A stretch of DNA of 53,409 bases from Actinomycetota bacterium (GCA_017853375.1 JAFMJP010000001.1:1-53409); one strand, 5' to 3'. Positions 25,807 to 35,648 are shown, counted from the first letter of the stretch. Translations and numbers: made by a program. Notes: generated by a model from the sequence alone, not told the origin.

Positions 25807-27114
25807 ATGCCCGCCAAGGATCTCGAACAAATCGTCAACTTGGCCAAACGACGCGGCTTCGCGTTTCCGAGTGCAGAGATCTACGGCGGCTTTCGTTCTT
25901 CGTACGACTACGGCCCCCTCGGGGCGCTCATGCTGCGCAACGTGAAGGATGCATGGATTCGATCGATGGTGCAAACGCGCAACGACGTGGTGTTGATCGA
26001 TGCGGCAATTCTGAACCCACCGCAAACCTTCGAAGCCAGTGGTCACTTGGCGAACTTCAGTGATCCACTCGTGGATTGCACGGTGTGCAAACGTCGTTTC
26101 CGACAGGATCAACTCGAGACACGTGACTGCCCCCAGAAGATGAAGGGCTGCTCATTCACCGAAGCTCGCGCGTTCAACCTCATGTTCAAGACACATGCCG
26201 GTCCGATCGAAGGGGCAGGCACGGAGGTGTACCTCCGGCCCGAAACCGCCCAAGGAATGTTCGTGAATTTCGCCAACGTGCTCTCCACCAGCCGCAAGAA
26301 ACCACCGTTTGGTATCGCACAGGTCGGCAAGAGTTTCCGCAACGAGATAACTCCCGGCAACTTCATCTTCCGAACTCGCGAGTTCGAGCAAATGGAGCTC
26401 GAGTTCTTCGTTCCGCCAGCTGACAGCCCCAAGTGGTACGACTACTGGAAGCACGAGCGCATGGAGTGGTACGTCGCGCACGGAATTCCCCGCGAAATGT
26501 TGCGTCTCCGCGAGCACGACAAGGACGAGCTGTCGCACTACTCGGCCGGGACGTGCGACATCGAGTTCCTGTTTCCATGGGGCTGGGGTGAGTTGGAGGG
26601 CATCGCCCAGCGGACCGACTACGACCTGACTCAGCACTCCCAGCACTCCGGACAACGTCTCGATTACTTCGATCCCGCCACCAATGAGCGTTACGTTCCA
26701 TACGTAGTGGAGCCGGCGGCCGGCGTGAACCGAACGATGGCTGCGTTCTTGCTCGCGGCATACGACGAAGACGTGGTGAACGACGAGCCGCGATCGGTCC
26801 TGCGTTTGCACCCACGAATAGCGCCGTACCAAGTTGCCGTGCTTCCGTTGTCGAAGAAGGACACGCTGTCGCCAGTGGCCGAAGGCGTTTTTGCGACCTT
26901 GTCGGCTCGGTACATGTGCGACTACGACGAGACCCAAGCGATTGGTCGTAGGTACCGACGTCAGGATGAGATCGGCACTCCATGCTGTGTGACGGTGGAT
27001 TTCGAGACTCTCGATGACAATGCGGTGACCGTTCGCGATCGCGACACCACGGAACAGGTTCGAGTGCCCATTGCCGAACTCATGACACATTTCGGCGAAC
27101 GTTTCGGTTTTTGA
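25807..27114 (+). CDS. glyQS: Glycine-tRNA ligase (alpha2 type)
   Basis: Internal ATG (residue 81 of ORF 25567..27114). FPSAEIYGGFRSSYDYGPLG, FRNEITPGNFIFRTREFEQMELEFF (class II motif 2), anticodon-binding C-terminus. Confidence 0.95.
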   Translation: MPAKDLEQIVNLAKRRGFAFPSAEIYGGFRSSYDYGPLGALMLRNVKDAWIRSMVQTRNDVVLIDAAILNPPQTFEASGHLANFSDPLVDCTVCKRRFRQDQLETRDCPQKMKGCSFTEARAFNLMFKTHAGPIEGAGTEVYLRPETAQGMFVNFANVLSTSRKKPPFGIAQVGKSFRNEITPGNFIFRTREFEQMELEFFVPPADSPKWYDYWKHERMEWYVAHGIPREMLRLREHDKDELSHYSAGTCDIEFLFPWGWGELEGIAQRTDYDLTQHSQHSGQRLDYFDPATNERYVPYVVEPAAGVNRTMAAFLLAAYDEDVVNDEPRSVLRLHPRIAPYQVAVLPLSKKDTLSPVAEGVFATLSARYMCDYDETQAIGRRYRRQDEIGTPCCVTVDFETLDDNAVTVRDRDTTEQVRVPIAELMTHFGERFGF

Positions 27115-27899
27115 CGGCGTTGACGTACCTCGACGGCATCGTTGCGCATCATCGCCGAAGGGCGGCGATGGATCCCAGAAATCCCGAAGAGGTTCGCCGT
27201 TCGTTGTCGAAGTCACCCACTCGCGGGTTCGCTCGCGCCATTGCTGACTCGACGGAACTCGCGGTGATCGCCGAGATCAAGCGAAAATCTCCATCAAAGG
27301 GTGACATCAACCCGGACCTGGTTCCCGAACGGCTGGCGCGCGAGTACGAACGTGGGGGAGCGAGTTGCTTGTCGGTGCTCACTGATGGACCACATTTCTC
27401 CGGAAGTGTCGCCGATCTCACGGCGGCGCGCGACGCGGTGGCCATCCCGGTGTTGAGGAAGGACTTCACGGTGTGCGCCCTCGACGTTCTGGATGCAAGG
27501 TTGATGGGAGCCGATGCCGTGCTGCTGATCGTTGCGGCACTCACCGATCACGAGCTGCGGACGTTGCACGAACTGGCAAGAGAGGTGGGTCTCGATGCCC
27601 TCGTGGAGGTGCACGACGAGGTCGAATTGGAGCGAGCTCTCAGCGTCAACGCATCGTGTATCGGGGTCAATCAGCGCGATCTCCATACCTTTCACGTGGA
27701 TCCGCAACGTGCCGTTCGATTGGCCGAGCGAATTCCGAGCGGTGTACTCGCCGTAGCCGAGTCGGGGATCACCGGTGCAGACGATGCACGGCGCTGTGCC
27801 GATGCCGGTTATCGCGCGGTGCTCGTGGGCGAGCATCTCGTGCGAAGTGCCGATCCGGCCATTGCGCTCGAGGATCTGCGGGTGGCACTACCTTCGTAA
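27111..27899 (+). CDS. trpC: Indole-3-glycerol phosphate synthase
   Basis: AVIAEIKRKSPSKG, CLSVLTD, VLRKDF, EVH. The TTG start overlaps the glyQS stop. Confidence 0.9.
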   Translation: MTALTYLDGIVAHHRRRAAMDPRNPEEVRRSLSKSPTRGFARAIADSTELAVIAEIKRKSPSKGDINPDLVPERLAREYERGGASCLSVLTDGPHFSGSVADLTAARDAVAIPVLRKDFTVCALDVLDARLMGADAVLLIVAALTDHELRTLHELAREVGLDALVEVHDEVELERALSVNASCIGVNQRDLHTFHVDPQRAVRLAERIPSGVLAVAESGITGADDARRCADAGYRAVLVGEHLVRSADPAIALEDLRVALPS

Positions 27900-27904
27900 G
27901 CATC

Positions 27905-28522
27905 ATGTTCGTGAAGATCTGTGGGATCACGAATGAGGAAGACGCACTCCTGAGCGTGGCCATGGGAGCTACGGCTCTCGGATTCATCTTTGCGCCATCG
28001 AAGCGACAGGTGACTGCAGGAAAAGTTTCCGACATCGTGAAGCGACTCCCACCCGGTGTGCTCACCGTAGGGGTGTTTCGAGATCATGACCCCAAGACGG
28101 TGGTACGCATCGTTCGCGAAGCCGGATTGCGCGGAGCACAGTTGCACGGACGCGAGACGGTATCTATGGTGGACGAGCTCACGGCCGAGGTGGGCTGGGT
28201 GATGAAGGCAGTCGTTGCGGGAAGTCCGGAAGCAGAAAAGAGTGATCGATACCGCACCGACATGGTGCTGTTCGATTCGGCGTCGCCCGGATCGGGTGAA
28301 ACCTACGATTGGAGTCTGCTGTCGAACGTTCCCAAGGGCGTGCGATGTGTCATGTCGGGTGGACTGACGCCCGACAACGTCGCCGACGCAATCGCCATGG
28401 TGCGTCCGTACGGCGTCGACGTGTGCAGCGGCGTGGAGCGCGAGCCGGGTCGCAAGGACGCCACCAAGGTTCGGCGCTTCGTGCAGCGTTCGTTGCTTGC
28501 CTTCGACTCACTTGTACAGTGA
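27905..28522 (+). CDS. trpF: Phosphoribosylanthranilate isomerase
   Basis: Internal ATG (residue 145 of ORF 27473..28522): [14 protein letters not shown]...GFIF...AQLHG...GGLTPDNV...GVDVCSGVE. Confidence 0.85.
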   Translation: MFVKICGITNEEDALLSVAMGATALGFIFAPSKRQVTAGKVSDIVKRLPPGVLTVGVFRDHDPKTVVRIVREAGLRGAQLHGRETVSMVDELTAEVGWVMKAVVAGSPEAEKSDRYRTDMVLFDSASPGSGETYDWSLLSNVPKGVRCVMSGGLTPDNVADAIAMVRPYGVDVCSGVEREPGRKDATKVRRFVQRSLLAFDSLVQ

Positions 28523-28526
28523 TTCG

Positions 28527-29702
28527 GTGACCGCACTCGCCGACCCAAACGCAGAAGGTCGTTTCGGCGAGTTCGGTGGTCGATTCGTGCCTGAAACCCT
28601 GGTTCCTGCGTGCCAGGAGCTCGAGCGTGCATTTCATGAAGCGTGGAATGATGCAGAGTTCCGTGCCGAGTTGAGCCGGTTGCAACGTGAATATGCCGGG
28701 CGCCCGTCGATCCTCACGGAGTGCCACAATCTGGGACGGCGGCTGGGGATACGACTGATCCTCAAACGTGAAGATTTGAACCACACTGGTTCGCACAAGA
28801 TCAACAACGTGCTCGGTCAGGCGCTCCTTGCCAAACGTATGGGCAAGAAACGATTCATTGCGGAGACCGGAGCAGGGCAGCATGGTGTCGCATCGGCCAC
28901 GGCAGCCGCGCTGTTGGGATTGGACTGCAAGGTCTACATGGGTGCAGTCGATGTGGAGCGTCAAGCCTTGAACGTGTTCCGGATGCGCTTGTTGGGAGCC
29001 GAAGTCGAGGCTGCGCAGTCCGGCAGCCGAACACTCAAGGATGCAGTGAACGAGGCGATGCGTGATTGGGTCGCGAGTGTCGAACATTCCTATTACTGCA
29101 TTGGTTCGGTGATGGGTCCGCATCCGTATCCGTTCATGGTGCGCCAATTCCAGAGCATCATCGGCGACGAAGCGCGGGTGCAAATGCGTGAACTGACGGG
29201 CCGGGATCCCGACGTGGTAACCGCGTGCGTTGGTGGTGGCTCGAACGCGATGGGGATCTTCAGTGGATTCGTGGACACCCCCGCACGGTTGGTGGGCGTC
29301 GAACCTGCCGGTGGCGCCGCCGTGGGTCGCGGAGTTCCTGGTGTCGTTCACGGGATGAAGAGTTTTCTCATGCAGGACGAAGAAGGTCAGGTGCAGGAAG
29401 CGCACTCGATCTCGGCGGGGTTGGATTATCCGGGGGTTGGTCCCGAGCACTCCTACTTGGCGTCGATTGGACGGGCGGAGTATCCGAGCGTGACGGACGC
29501 AGAGGTCATCGAGGGATTCCAATTGATGTCCCGCACGGAGGGGATCATTCCGGCATTGGAGTGTGCGCACGTCGTGGCGTGGATCGCGAGGGAGGCCCCC
29601 AACATGCAGGGTGCCACCGTGTTGATGAACCTGTCGGGTCGCGGCGACAAGGACGTCGCCCAGATGATGCAGATTCTCGGACCCAGTATGGACGTTGCGT
29701 GA
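28527..29702 (+). CDS. trpB: Tryptophan synthase beta chain
   Basis: [26 protein letters not shown] (PLP lysine), GGGSNAMG. The GTG at 28527 is 5 nt after the trpF stop; the track start TTG 28497 is an alternative. Confidence 0.95.
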   Translation: MTALADPNAEGRFGEFGGRFVPETLVPACQELERAFHEAWNDAEFRAELSRLQREYAGRPSILTECHNLGRRLGIRLILKREDLNHTGSHKINNVLGQALLAKRMGKKRFIAETGAGQHGVASATAAALLGLDCKVYMGAVDVERQALNVFRMRLLGAEVEAAQSGSRTLKDAVNEAMRDWVASVEHSYYCIGSVMGPHPYPFMVRQFQSIIGDEARVQMRELTGRDPDVVTACVGGGSNAMGIFSGFVDTPARLVGVEPAGGAAVGRGVPGVVHGMKSFLMQDEEGQVQEAHSISAGLDYPGVGPEHSYLASIGRAEYPSVTDAEVIEGFQLMSRTEGIIPALECAHVVAWIAREAPNMQGATVLMNLSGRGDKDVAQMMQILGPSMDVA

Positions 29703-30466
29703 GCAACCTGGAGTCACATCTCCGTACCGTTCGTCGTGGTGGTCGGAAAATCTTGATTCCGTACATCACTGGCTATGCAGCTCGTTGGGAGGAAGCCGTT
29801 CGCGCTGCCGCAGCTCACGGTGCGGATGCGATCGAGATCGGAATTCCTTTTTCCGATCCGGTCATGGACGGACCCGTCATCCAGCGCGCCTCACGGGAGG
29901 CCTTGAATCGGGGTGCGACGCTCCACAAGATCCTCGATGGAGTGCGATTGCTCGACGTCGGAGTGCCGCTCGTGGTGATGTGCTATTACAACACGGTGTA
30001 CCGGTGTGGTCACGAACGTTTTTCTCGGATGCTTGCTGCAGCGGGAGTGTCGGGCGCCATCGTGCCCGATTTGCCGCTCGAAGAGTCGACGGAATGGTGT
30101 GCGGCGGCCGATGCAGCCAACGTTGCCACGGTGATGTTGGCCGCGCCGACTGCACCCGATGATCGTTTGCCGAAGATTGCAGAGCGTTCGCGTGGATTCG
30201 TGTATGCAGTCGGCTTGCTGGGCGTCACCGGGGAGCGCGAAACTTTGTCATCCAGTGCAACCACCATCGCTCGGCGCGTCAAACAAGTGACCGATCTCCC
30301 GGTGTTGGTCGGCGTGGGAATTTCCGATGCGAAACAGGCGCAGGAAGCGTGCGTGGAAGCCGATGGAGTGATTCAGGGTGCGTCGGTGATGCGGCGACTG
30401 CTGGATGAGGGAGTGGACTCCGTCGGAGAATACGTCGCACAGGTACGCCGTGCCATCGACGAGTAG
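29699..30466 (+). CDS. trpA: Tryptophan synthase alpha chain
   Basis: The GTG overlaps the trpB stop (GTGA; residue 159 of ORF 29225..30466). [40 protein letters not shown]. Confidence 0.9.
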   Translation: MSNLESHLRTVRRGGRKILIPYITGYAARWEEAVRAAAAHGADAIEIGIPFSDPVMDGPVIQRASREALNRGATLHKILDGVRLLDVGVPLVVMCYYNTVYRCGHERFSRMLAAAGVSGAIVPDLPLEESTEWCAAADAANVATVMLAAPTAPDDRLPKIAERSRGFVYAVGLLGVTGERETLSSSATTIARRVKQVTDLPVLVGVGISDAKQAQEACVEADGVIQGASVMRRLLDEGVDSVGEYVAQVRRAIDE

Positions 30467-30475
30467 TTTCGTGTC

Positions 30476-30928
30476 ATGTTGAAATCCGGGGACAAGGCTC
30501 CTGCATTCGCACTCGTCGACCAGCACGGCAAGAAACGAACGCTGAAAGAATTCGCCAAGCGCAAGGTGCTGGTGTACTTTTACCCCAAAGCTGACACGCC
30601 TGGTTGCACCCAGCAGTCGTGCCTGCTGAGTGGGATCAAATCCGACATCGGACGAACCGTCATCATCGGCATCAGCCCCGATGCTCCGGCAAAACAATTG
30701 AAGTTCGATGCCAAGTACGACCTGGGATTCCCTCTGCTTGCAGACGAATCCCACGAGATCGCGAAGGCGTACAAGGTGTGGAAGAAGAAGTCGATGTACG
30801 GTCGCGAGTACATGGGTATCGAACGTTCCGCATTTCTCATTGGCGGTGACGGCAAGATTCTCCATGCGTGGTACAAAATTTCACCCAAGGACACACCGGT
30901 GTTCCTGCTTGAGGCACTGGGCAAATGA
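30476..30928 (+). CDS. bcp: Thiol peroxidase / peroxiredoxin Bcp
   Basis: VLVYFYPKADTPGCTQQSC peroxiredoxin active site. 150 aa. Confidence 0.9.
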   Translation: MLKSGDKAPAFALVDQHGKKRTLKEFAKRKVLVYFYPKADTPGCTQQSCLLSGIKSDIGRTVIIGISPDAPAKQLKFDAKYDLGFPLLADESHEIAKAYKVWKKKSMYGREYMGIERSAFLIGGDGKILHAWYKISPKDTPVFLLEALGK

Positions 30929-31356
30929 CGGGATCATTCGCCCTTCCCGATTCGGTGCTCCCGCACCGTCCTCCATTCCTCTTTGTCGATGCCATTGATG
31001 CGTTGGAGGTTGGCGTCAGTGCGACGGGACGATGGCGTCTGCAAGGGGATGAGTGGTTCTTTTCCGGGCACTTCCCGGGGCGTCCGACGCTCCCTGGAGT
31101 ACTGATGTGCGAGTCGATTGCGCAAGTGGGTGCCTATGCGCTGCTCAGTGATCCTCTTCGCGCCGCGAAATTGCCGTTGTTCGGTGGTTTGGATTCCGCT
31201 CGTTTCCGTCGTCAGGTTGTGCCGGGAGATGAGCTCGTTGTTTCCGTGCAGCTAGGACGAATGAGTGCACGTGCCGGCAAGGGTTCTGGAACCGCGAGTG
31301 TGAACGGCGAAGTTGCGTGCGAGTGCGAGTTGATGTTCGTGTTGGTTGATCGCTAG
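30925..31356 (+). CDS. fabZ: 3-hydroxyacyl-ACP dehydratase FabZ
   Basis: LPHRPPFLFVD and FFSGHFPGRPTLPGVLMCESIAQVG. Its ATG overlaps the bcp stop (ATGA). Confidence 0.85.
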   Translation: MTGSFALPDSVLPHRPPFLFVDAIDALEVGVSATGRWRLQGDEWFFSGHFPGRPTLPGVLMCESIAQVGAYALLSDPLRAAKLPLFGGLDSARFRRQVVPGDELVVSVQLGRMSARAGKGSGTASVNGEVACECELMFVLVDR

Positions 31357-31377
31357 CGGCGGGAAACCCAACCGCCG
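31357..31377. terminator. Candidate bidirectional terminator hairpin between convergent fabZ and fabF
   Basis: CGGCGG-gaaacccaa-CCGCCG: a 6-bp GC stem with a 9-nt loop, occupying most of the 28-nt convergent gap. No clear U-tract. Confidence 0.35.
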
Positions 31378-31384
31378 AGGTGCG

Positions 31385-32569
31385 CTAGTTGGCTGGCGCG
31401 AGGATGATCGATCCGTTGTGTCCACCGAAACCGAAATTGTTGGAGATCGTGGGCCCGGGAGTCCATGGTCGCGGAGCTCCAACGACAACGTCGCACGCAA
31501 TGTCTTCTCCGAGCGTCGTGGTGTTGGCCGTTGGTGGGATGAGGCGGTGCTCGAACGACAACAGCACGGCTGCAGCTTCGAGTGCGCCAGCGGCACCCAA
31601 TGGATGTCCGGTAACGCCCTTGATGGAGGTGACCGGGGGAGTCGGAGTGCCGAAGACCGAGGCAACCGCCTGTGATTCGGCTTGATCATTGAGTGGTGTC
31701 GAGGTTCCGTGTGCATTCACCTGTTTGATGTCGCTGGGTGCGAGACCGGCGTCTTCCAAAGCTTGCTGCATGCAGGCAATTGCACCTACGCCACCCGGTG
31801 AAGGTGCGGTGATGTGATGAGCGTCGGCATTGCTCGCGGCCCCGAGGACCTCGGCGATGATTGTGGCTCCACGTGCAACGGCAAGGTCGTATCGCTCAAG
31901 TACGAATACGGCTGCACCCTCGCCAAAGACAAAGCCGTCCCGCGTTGCGTCGAAAGGTTTGCTCGTACCGCTGCTGGAAAGTGCGGTCATGTTGGCAAAA
32001 CCGGCGACAGCGGTAATGGTGGCAGCCGATTCCGCACCACCGCTGACAACTGCATCGCAGCGACCCCACGCAATCAAACGCGCCGCATACCCGAGTGCGT
32101 GAGTTGCAGCTGCGCAAGCGGTGCAAATGGTTTCAGCGGGTCCTTGGAGGTGATAGCGCATCGATATTGCGGCACCGCACGCATTCGACATCATCATCGG
32201 CACGAGAAACGGCGAGACACGACGTTCGCCTTTCTCCACGCGGGTAATGACTTGGTCCTCCAGGGTTCTCAGACCACCGATACCCGTCCCGAAGATGCTT
32301 CCCATTCGTGACGACGCGTAGGGCAATTGACCCGATTGGGTGATGGCCTCGTGTGCGGCTGCGAGAGCGAACTGTTCGACCCGATCCGCCCGTCGAGCCT
32401 CCTTGGGGTTGGAGAAATATGGCTGAGGATCCCAGTCGGCGAGTTCGACCGTTTTTGCGTTGGTGATGCCGGGACCAAGCAAGCCCTTCCAGAACGCGTC
32501 CTTGCCGATGCCGCACGGGGCGACGACTCCGTAACCCGTAATCGCAACGCGATAACCCGCTCCCTGCAT
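31385..32569 (-). CDS. fabF: Beta-ketoacyl-ACP synthase II
   Basis: 394 aa. Active-site Cys context (ICTACAAATHALG), HGTSTPLND, GHPLGAAGALE, NNFGFGGHN. Confidence 0.95.
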   Translation of the reverse strand: MQGAGYRVAITGYGVVAPCGIGKDAFWKGLLGPGITNAKTVELADWDPQPYFSNPKEARRADRVEQFALAAAHEAITQSGQLPYASSRMGSIFGTGIGGLRTLEDQVITRVEKGERRVSPFLVPMMMSNACGAAISMRYHLQGPAETICTACAAATHALGYAARLIAWGRCDAVVSGGAESAATITAVAGFANMTALSSSGTSKPFDATRDGFVFGEGAAVFVLERYDLAVARGATIIAEVLGAASNADAHHITAPSPGGVGAIACMQQALEDAGLAPSDIKQVNAHGTSTPLNDQAESQAVASVFGTPTPPVTSIKGVTGHPLGAAGALEAAAVLLSFEHRLIPPTANTTTLGEDIACDVVVGAPRPWTPGPTISNNFGFGGHNGSIILAPAN

Positions 32570-32577
32570 GGGGAGAC

Positions 32578-32817
32578 TTACTTCGTTTTGGCGACGATGA
32601 GGTCGAAAGCTTGACCGACTGTCGTGATGCCTTCCAATTCCTTCTCGGGAACTTCCACGCCGAACTCGCTCTCGAGTTCCATGACGAATTCGACGAGGTC
32701 GAGGCTGTCGGCTTCGAGATCTTCCTTGAAGCGGGCTTCTCGGGTGACTTTCGATGCGTCAACCGCCAGCAGGTTGACTGCGCACTTCGTAAATCGTTCG
32801 AACAATTCTTGGCTCAC
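32578..32817 (-). CDS. acpP: Acyl carrier protein
   Basis: 79 aa from the GTG (residue 47 of ORF 32578..32955), preceded by GAGGAGG. DLEADSLDLVEFVMELE phosphopantetheine (DSL) motif. Confidence 0.9.
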   Translation of the reverse strand: MSQELFERFTKCAVNLLAVDASKVTREARFKEDLEADSLDLVEFVMELESEFGVEVPEKELEGITTVGQAFDLIVAKTK

Positions 32818-32842
32818 GTGGGGCCTCCTCGTGCAGGACAGC

Positions 32843-33547
32843 CTAGTGTCCCATGCCCAGTCCGCCGTCGACAGGCAACACGGCGCCGGTGATGTATGCG
32901 GCATCGTGCGAGGCCAAGAAAGCAATCGCACCAGCAATCTCATCGGCAGTAGCAATACGGGCGAGTGGCACGAGGTCGGCGATTGCCTGCAATTTGTCGT
33001 CGCCCAGTGTGCGTGTCATATCGGTATCGACCGGTCCCGGCGCAACCACGTTCACCGTGATGTTGCGACTTCCGAACTCGCGTGCGAGCGATCTTGCGAA
33101 CCCAACGAGACCAGCCTTGGACGCCGCATAGTTTGCTTGACCGGCTTGCCCAAGCAAACCAACGACACTGGAGACAAGAATGATGCGGCCTTTGCGGGCC
33201 CGCAACATCGACTGTGTCGCGCGCTTGCACACCCGGAAGGCTCCGGTCAGATTGGTGTCGATGACGCTGGTGAAGTCGTCGTCTTTCATCCGAAGGAGCA
33301 ATCCATCCTTGGTGATGCCTGCATTCGACACCAGTACTTCCACGGGGCCGAGCGCAGCTTCCACTTCCGCGAACGTGCGCTCCACGTCCGACTCGATGGT
33401 TACGTCGCACTTGATGGCGAGAAAATCCCCGGACGGGGGAGTGGAGTTGTAAGTGACGGCAACCTTGTCGCCGAGGGCGGCAAAGCGTTTCGCTGTAGCC
33501 AATCCAATGCCTCGACTACCTCCGGTGATCAAGACGACTCGACTCAT
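32843..33547 (-). CDS. fabG: 3-oxoacyl-ACP reductase
   Basis: VVLITGGSRGIG, NAGI, YAASKAG, PGPVDTDM. The ATG at 33547 overlaps the fabH stop (ATGA). Confidence 0.9.
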   Translation of the reverse strand: MSRVVLITGGSRGIGLATAKRFAALGDKVAVTYNSTPPSGDFLAIKCDVTIESDVERTFAEVEAALGPVEVLVSNAGITKDGLLLRMKDDDFTSVIDTNLTGAFRVCKRATQSMLRARKGRIILVSSVVGLLGQAGQANYAASKAGLVGFARSLAREFGSRNITVNVVAPGPVDTDMTRTLGDDKLQAIADLVPLARIATADEIAGAIAFLASHDAAYITGAVLPVDGGLGMGH

Positions 33548-34473
33548 GGCTTCCTCCATTCAATGACCGCACTGGCAGCGGTCATCCCTGCACCGAACCC
33601 CACCATCAAGACGATGTCACCATCACTGATGCGCCCTTTGTCGGCTGCATCAAAGAGCGCCAACGGAATCGACGCCGAGGATGTGTTGCCGGTTTCCTGA
33701 AGTACCACTGCAGTACGTTCCATTGGGATGCCGAGCTGACGACACGCGGCATCGATGATTCGTACGTTTGCTTGGTGGGGCACGCACAACGCGACGTCAT
33801 CAATTCCAAGGCCTGCTTTGGCGAGCGATTTGTGGGCGGAGTCCACCATGATTCGGACAGCGCGCCGGAATACCTCCTTGCCGTCCATGTGGATGTAGCC
33901 GCCGATGTCGGCGTACAGCAGATGTTCGAGGGAGCCGTCGGCATCGAGATCCCATCCGAGCAACTGTCCTCCATCGGAAACGGCATCGATCACGCAGGCA
34001 CCGGAACCGTCGGCGAACAATATCGCCGTACCGCGATCACTCCAGTCGGTGATTCGTGACAAGGTGTCAGTTCCGATCACCAGGAGTCGTTTCGCGCCGA
34101 TGGAAATGAGGCCGTGTGCCACGACGTATGCGTAGACGAAGCCCGAACACGCGGCATTGAGGTCGAAAGCGCCGCAACGCAGACCGAGCGCGTTCTGTAC
34201 CGTTGCCGAAGTTGCCGGCACGGTGCGATCCGGAGTCGTGGTGGAGAGTACGACTCCATCGATGGAACTTGGATCGATTCCGGACATCGTGATCGCACGT
34301 TGTGCCGACTCGATGGAGAGTGTTGCCGTACTTCCACCGATGTGGCGACGTTTGATCCCGGTTCGTTCGGTGATCCATTCGTCATTCGTCTCCATCATCT
34401 CCGAGAGATCCGCATTCGAGACGACCTTTTGGGGCAGGGCGGTGCCCCAACCGATGATTCGTGCGCCCACCAT
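33544..34473 (-). CDS. fabH: Beta-ketoacyl-ACP synthase III
   Basis: DLNAACSGFVYA (active Cys), HQANVRI, GNTSSASIP, GFGAGMT. Its ATG overlaps the fabD stop (TGATG). Confidence 0.9.
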   Translation of the reverse strand: MVGARIIGWGTALPQKVVSNADLSEMMETNDEWITERTGIKRRHIGGSTATLSIESAQRAITMSGIDPSSIDGVVLSTTTPDRTVPATSATVQNALGLRCGAFDLNAACSGFVYAYVVAHGLISIGAKRLLVIGTDTLSRITDWSDRGTAILFADGSGACVIDAVSDGGQLLGWDLDADGSLEHLLYADIGGYIHMDGKEVFRRAVRIMVDSAHKSLAKAGLGIDDVALCVPHQANVRIIDAACRQLGIPMERTAVVLQETGNTSSASIPLALFDAADKGRISDGDIVLMVGFGAGMTAASAVIEWRKP

Positions 34474-35648
34474 CAGTGAGTCCTCAGCCAGGCGACCGGT
34501 TCGCGCATCGCCAAACGCTCTCCCTCGTGTGCGATGAAGCTCTGGAGAATCCCGGCAAAGGCGGAACGAACCTCGACGTCACCAACATGGCCGAGCAGGG
34601 TTCCAACGTCGATGCGGGAGCCGTCGGAGATTTCTTTGCGTTGCACGAACACGCCGGCTGCCGGGCTCACGACCAAACGTTCGACAACGAAGAGATGCTC
34701 GCCGTCGTGATCGCTGGATTTCGGCGGTGTCACTTGGCTGACCCATTCCAACAATTTGTCGAGTTCTTCGGGTGTGGCCACACTGATCGCCCGTGCTCCG
34801 TCCAGGGTTCGCTTGACCATGCCGCTCAGGACTCCGCCAGGTCCGAGTTCGACGTAGCCGGCCACCGACTGTTTCTGCAGTTCCAGCAGCACTTGCTTCC
34901 AGCGGACCGGAGAGCAAAGTTGTGCCGACAACAGCGAGACCCACTCGTCGCCGCGTTGGTGCAACAGGGCATCCACGTTGGACACGATCGGTACGTCCGC
35001 ATCGCGGGGTTTGGCGGCTGCGAGTGCCACTCTCAGACGGTCGCGAGCGGGATTCATCAGCGGAGTATGGAAGGCTCCCGACACGGGCAACGGCATGACC
35101 TTCTTGGCGCCCAGTTCCTTTGCGTGGTGTGTTGCCTTTTCGATTCCACTCGGAGATCCGGCGATCACGACCTGGCCGGGGGCATTGAAGTTGGCCACCC
35201 ACACGCTGTCGTCGGCTCGGCGACAGGCAACTTCCACGAGATCGTCGTCGAGACCGAGTACTGCCGACATGGCTCCCGGGGAACTCTCACCGGCCTCGTG
35301 CATTGCGTCTCCGCGTTCGACCACCAGGCGTACTCCGTCGTCGAAGCCCAATGCACCGTTGGCGGTGAGGGCGGTGTATTCACCGAGGCTGTGACCTGCG
35401 CAGATGCTGGGCTCCACGCCGAGGCGCTCCACTGCATCCAACACCATCAGGCTGCTGACGAACGTGGTCAGTTGGGCATTGCGGGTGTCCTTCAATTCGT
35501 CGGCGTCTGCATCGAGCAACAGCCGACCAACGTCGCGCTGTGCGATCTCCGACGCTTCGTCGACCAATTCCCAACTCTCGTGGTTGCGCCAAGGACGACC
35601 CATGCCGGGCCGCTGCGATCCCTGTCCGGGAAACAAAAACGCGAGCAA
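34473..35648 (-). CDS. fabD: Malonyl-CoA:ACP transacylase fused to a C-terminal lysine-less biotinyl/lipoyl-like domain
   Basis: FLFPGQGSQRPGMG and GHSLGEY (active Ser); the FabD fold ends near residue 300. An additional ~86 aa (34473..34733) resemble a BCCP barrel without the MKM lysine. TTG start preceded by GGGAGG. Confidence 0.9.
   Translation of the reverse strand: MLAFLFPGQGSQRPGMGRPWRNHESWELVDEASEIAQRDVGRLLLDADADELKDTRNAQLTTFVSSLMVLDAVERLGVEPSICAGHSLGEYTALTANGALGFDDGVRLVVERGDAMHEAGESSPGAMSAVLGLDDDLVEVACRRADDSVWVANFNAPGQVVIAGSPSGIEKATHHAKELGAKKVMPLPVSGAFHTPLMNPARDRLRVALAAAKPRDADVPIVSNVDALLHQRGDEWVSLLSAQLCSPVRWKQVLLELQKQSVAGYVELGPGGVLSGMVKRTLDGARAISVATPEELDKLLEWVSQVTPPKSSDHDGEHLFVVERLVVSPAAGVFVQRKEISDGSRIDVGTLLGHVGDVEVRSAFAGILQSFIAHEGERLAMREPVAWLRTH

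Noticed and set aside
28350-29717. 455-aa ORF antisense to trpB
   Set aside because: It is a shadow ORF with no recognisable motifs, entirely antisense to the strongly conserved trpB. The same reasoning rejects 26152..27216(-) versus glyQS, 38106..39428(-) and 36843..37967(-) versus polA, 39646..40809(-) versus rpsA, 41010..42596(-) versus uvrB, 44883..46355(-) and 43815..44744(-) versus uvrA, 32624..33700(+) versus fabG/acpP, 34461..35783(+) versus fabD, 48132..49484(-) versus rapZ, and 50151..51215(-) versus pgk.
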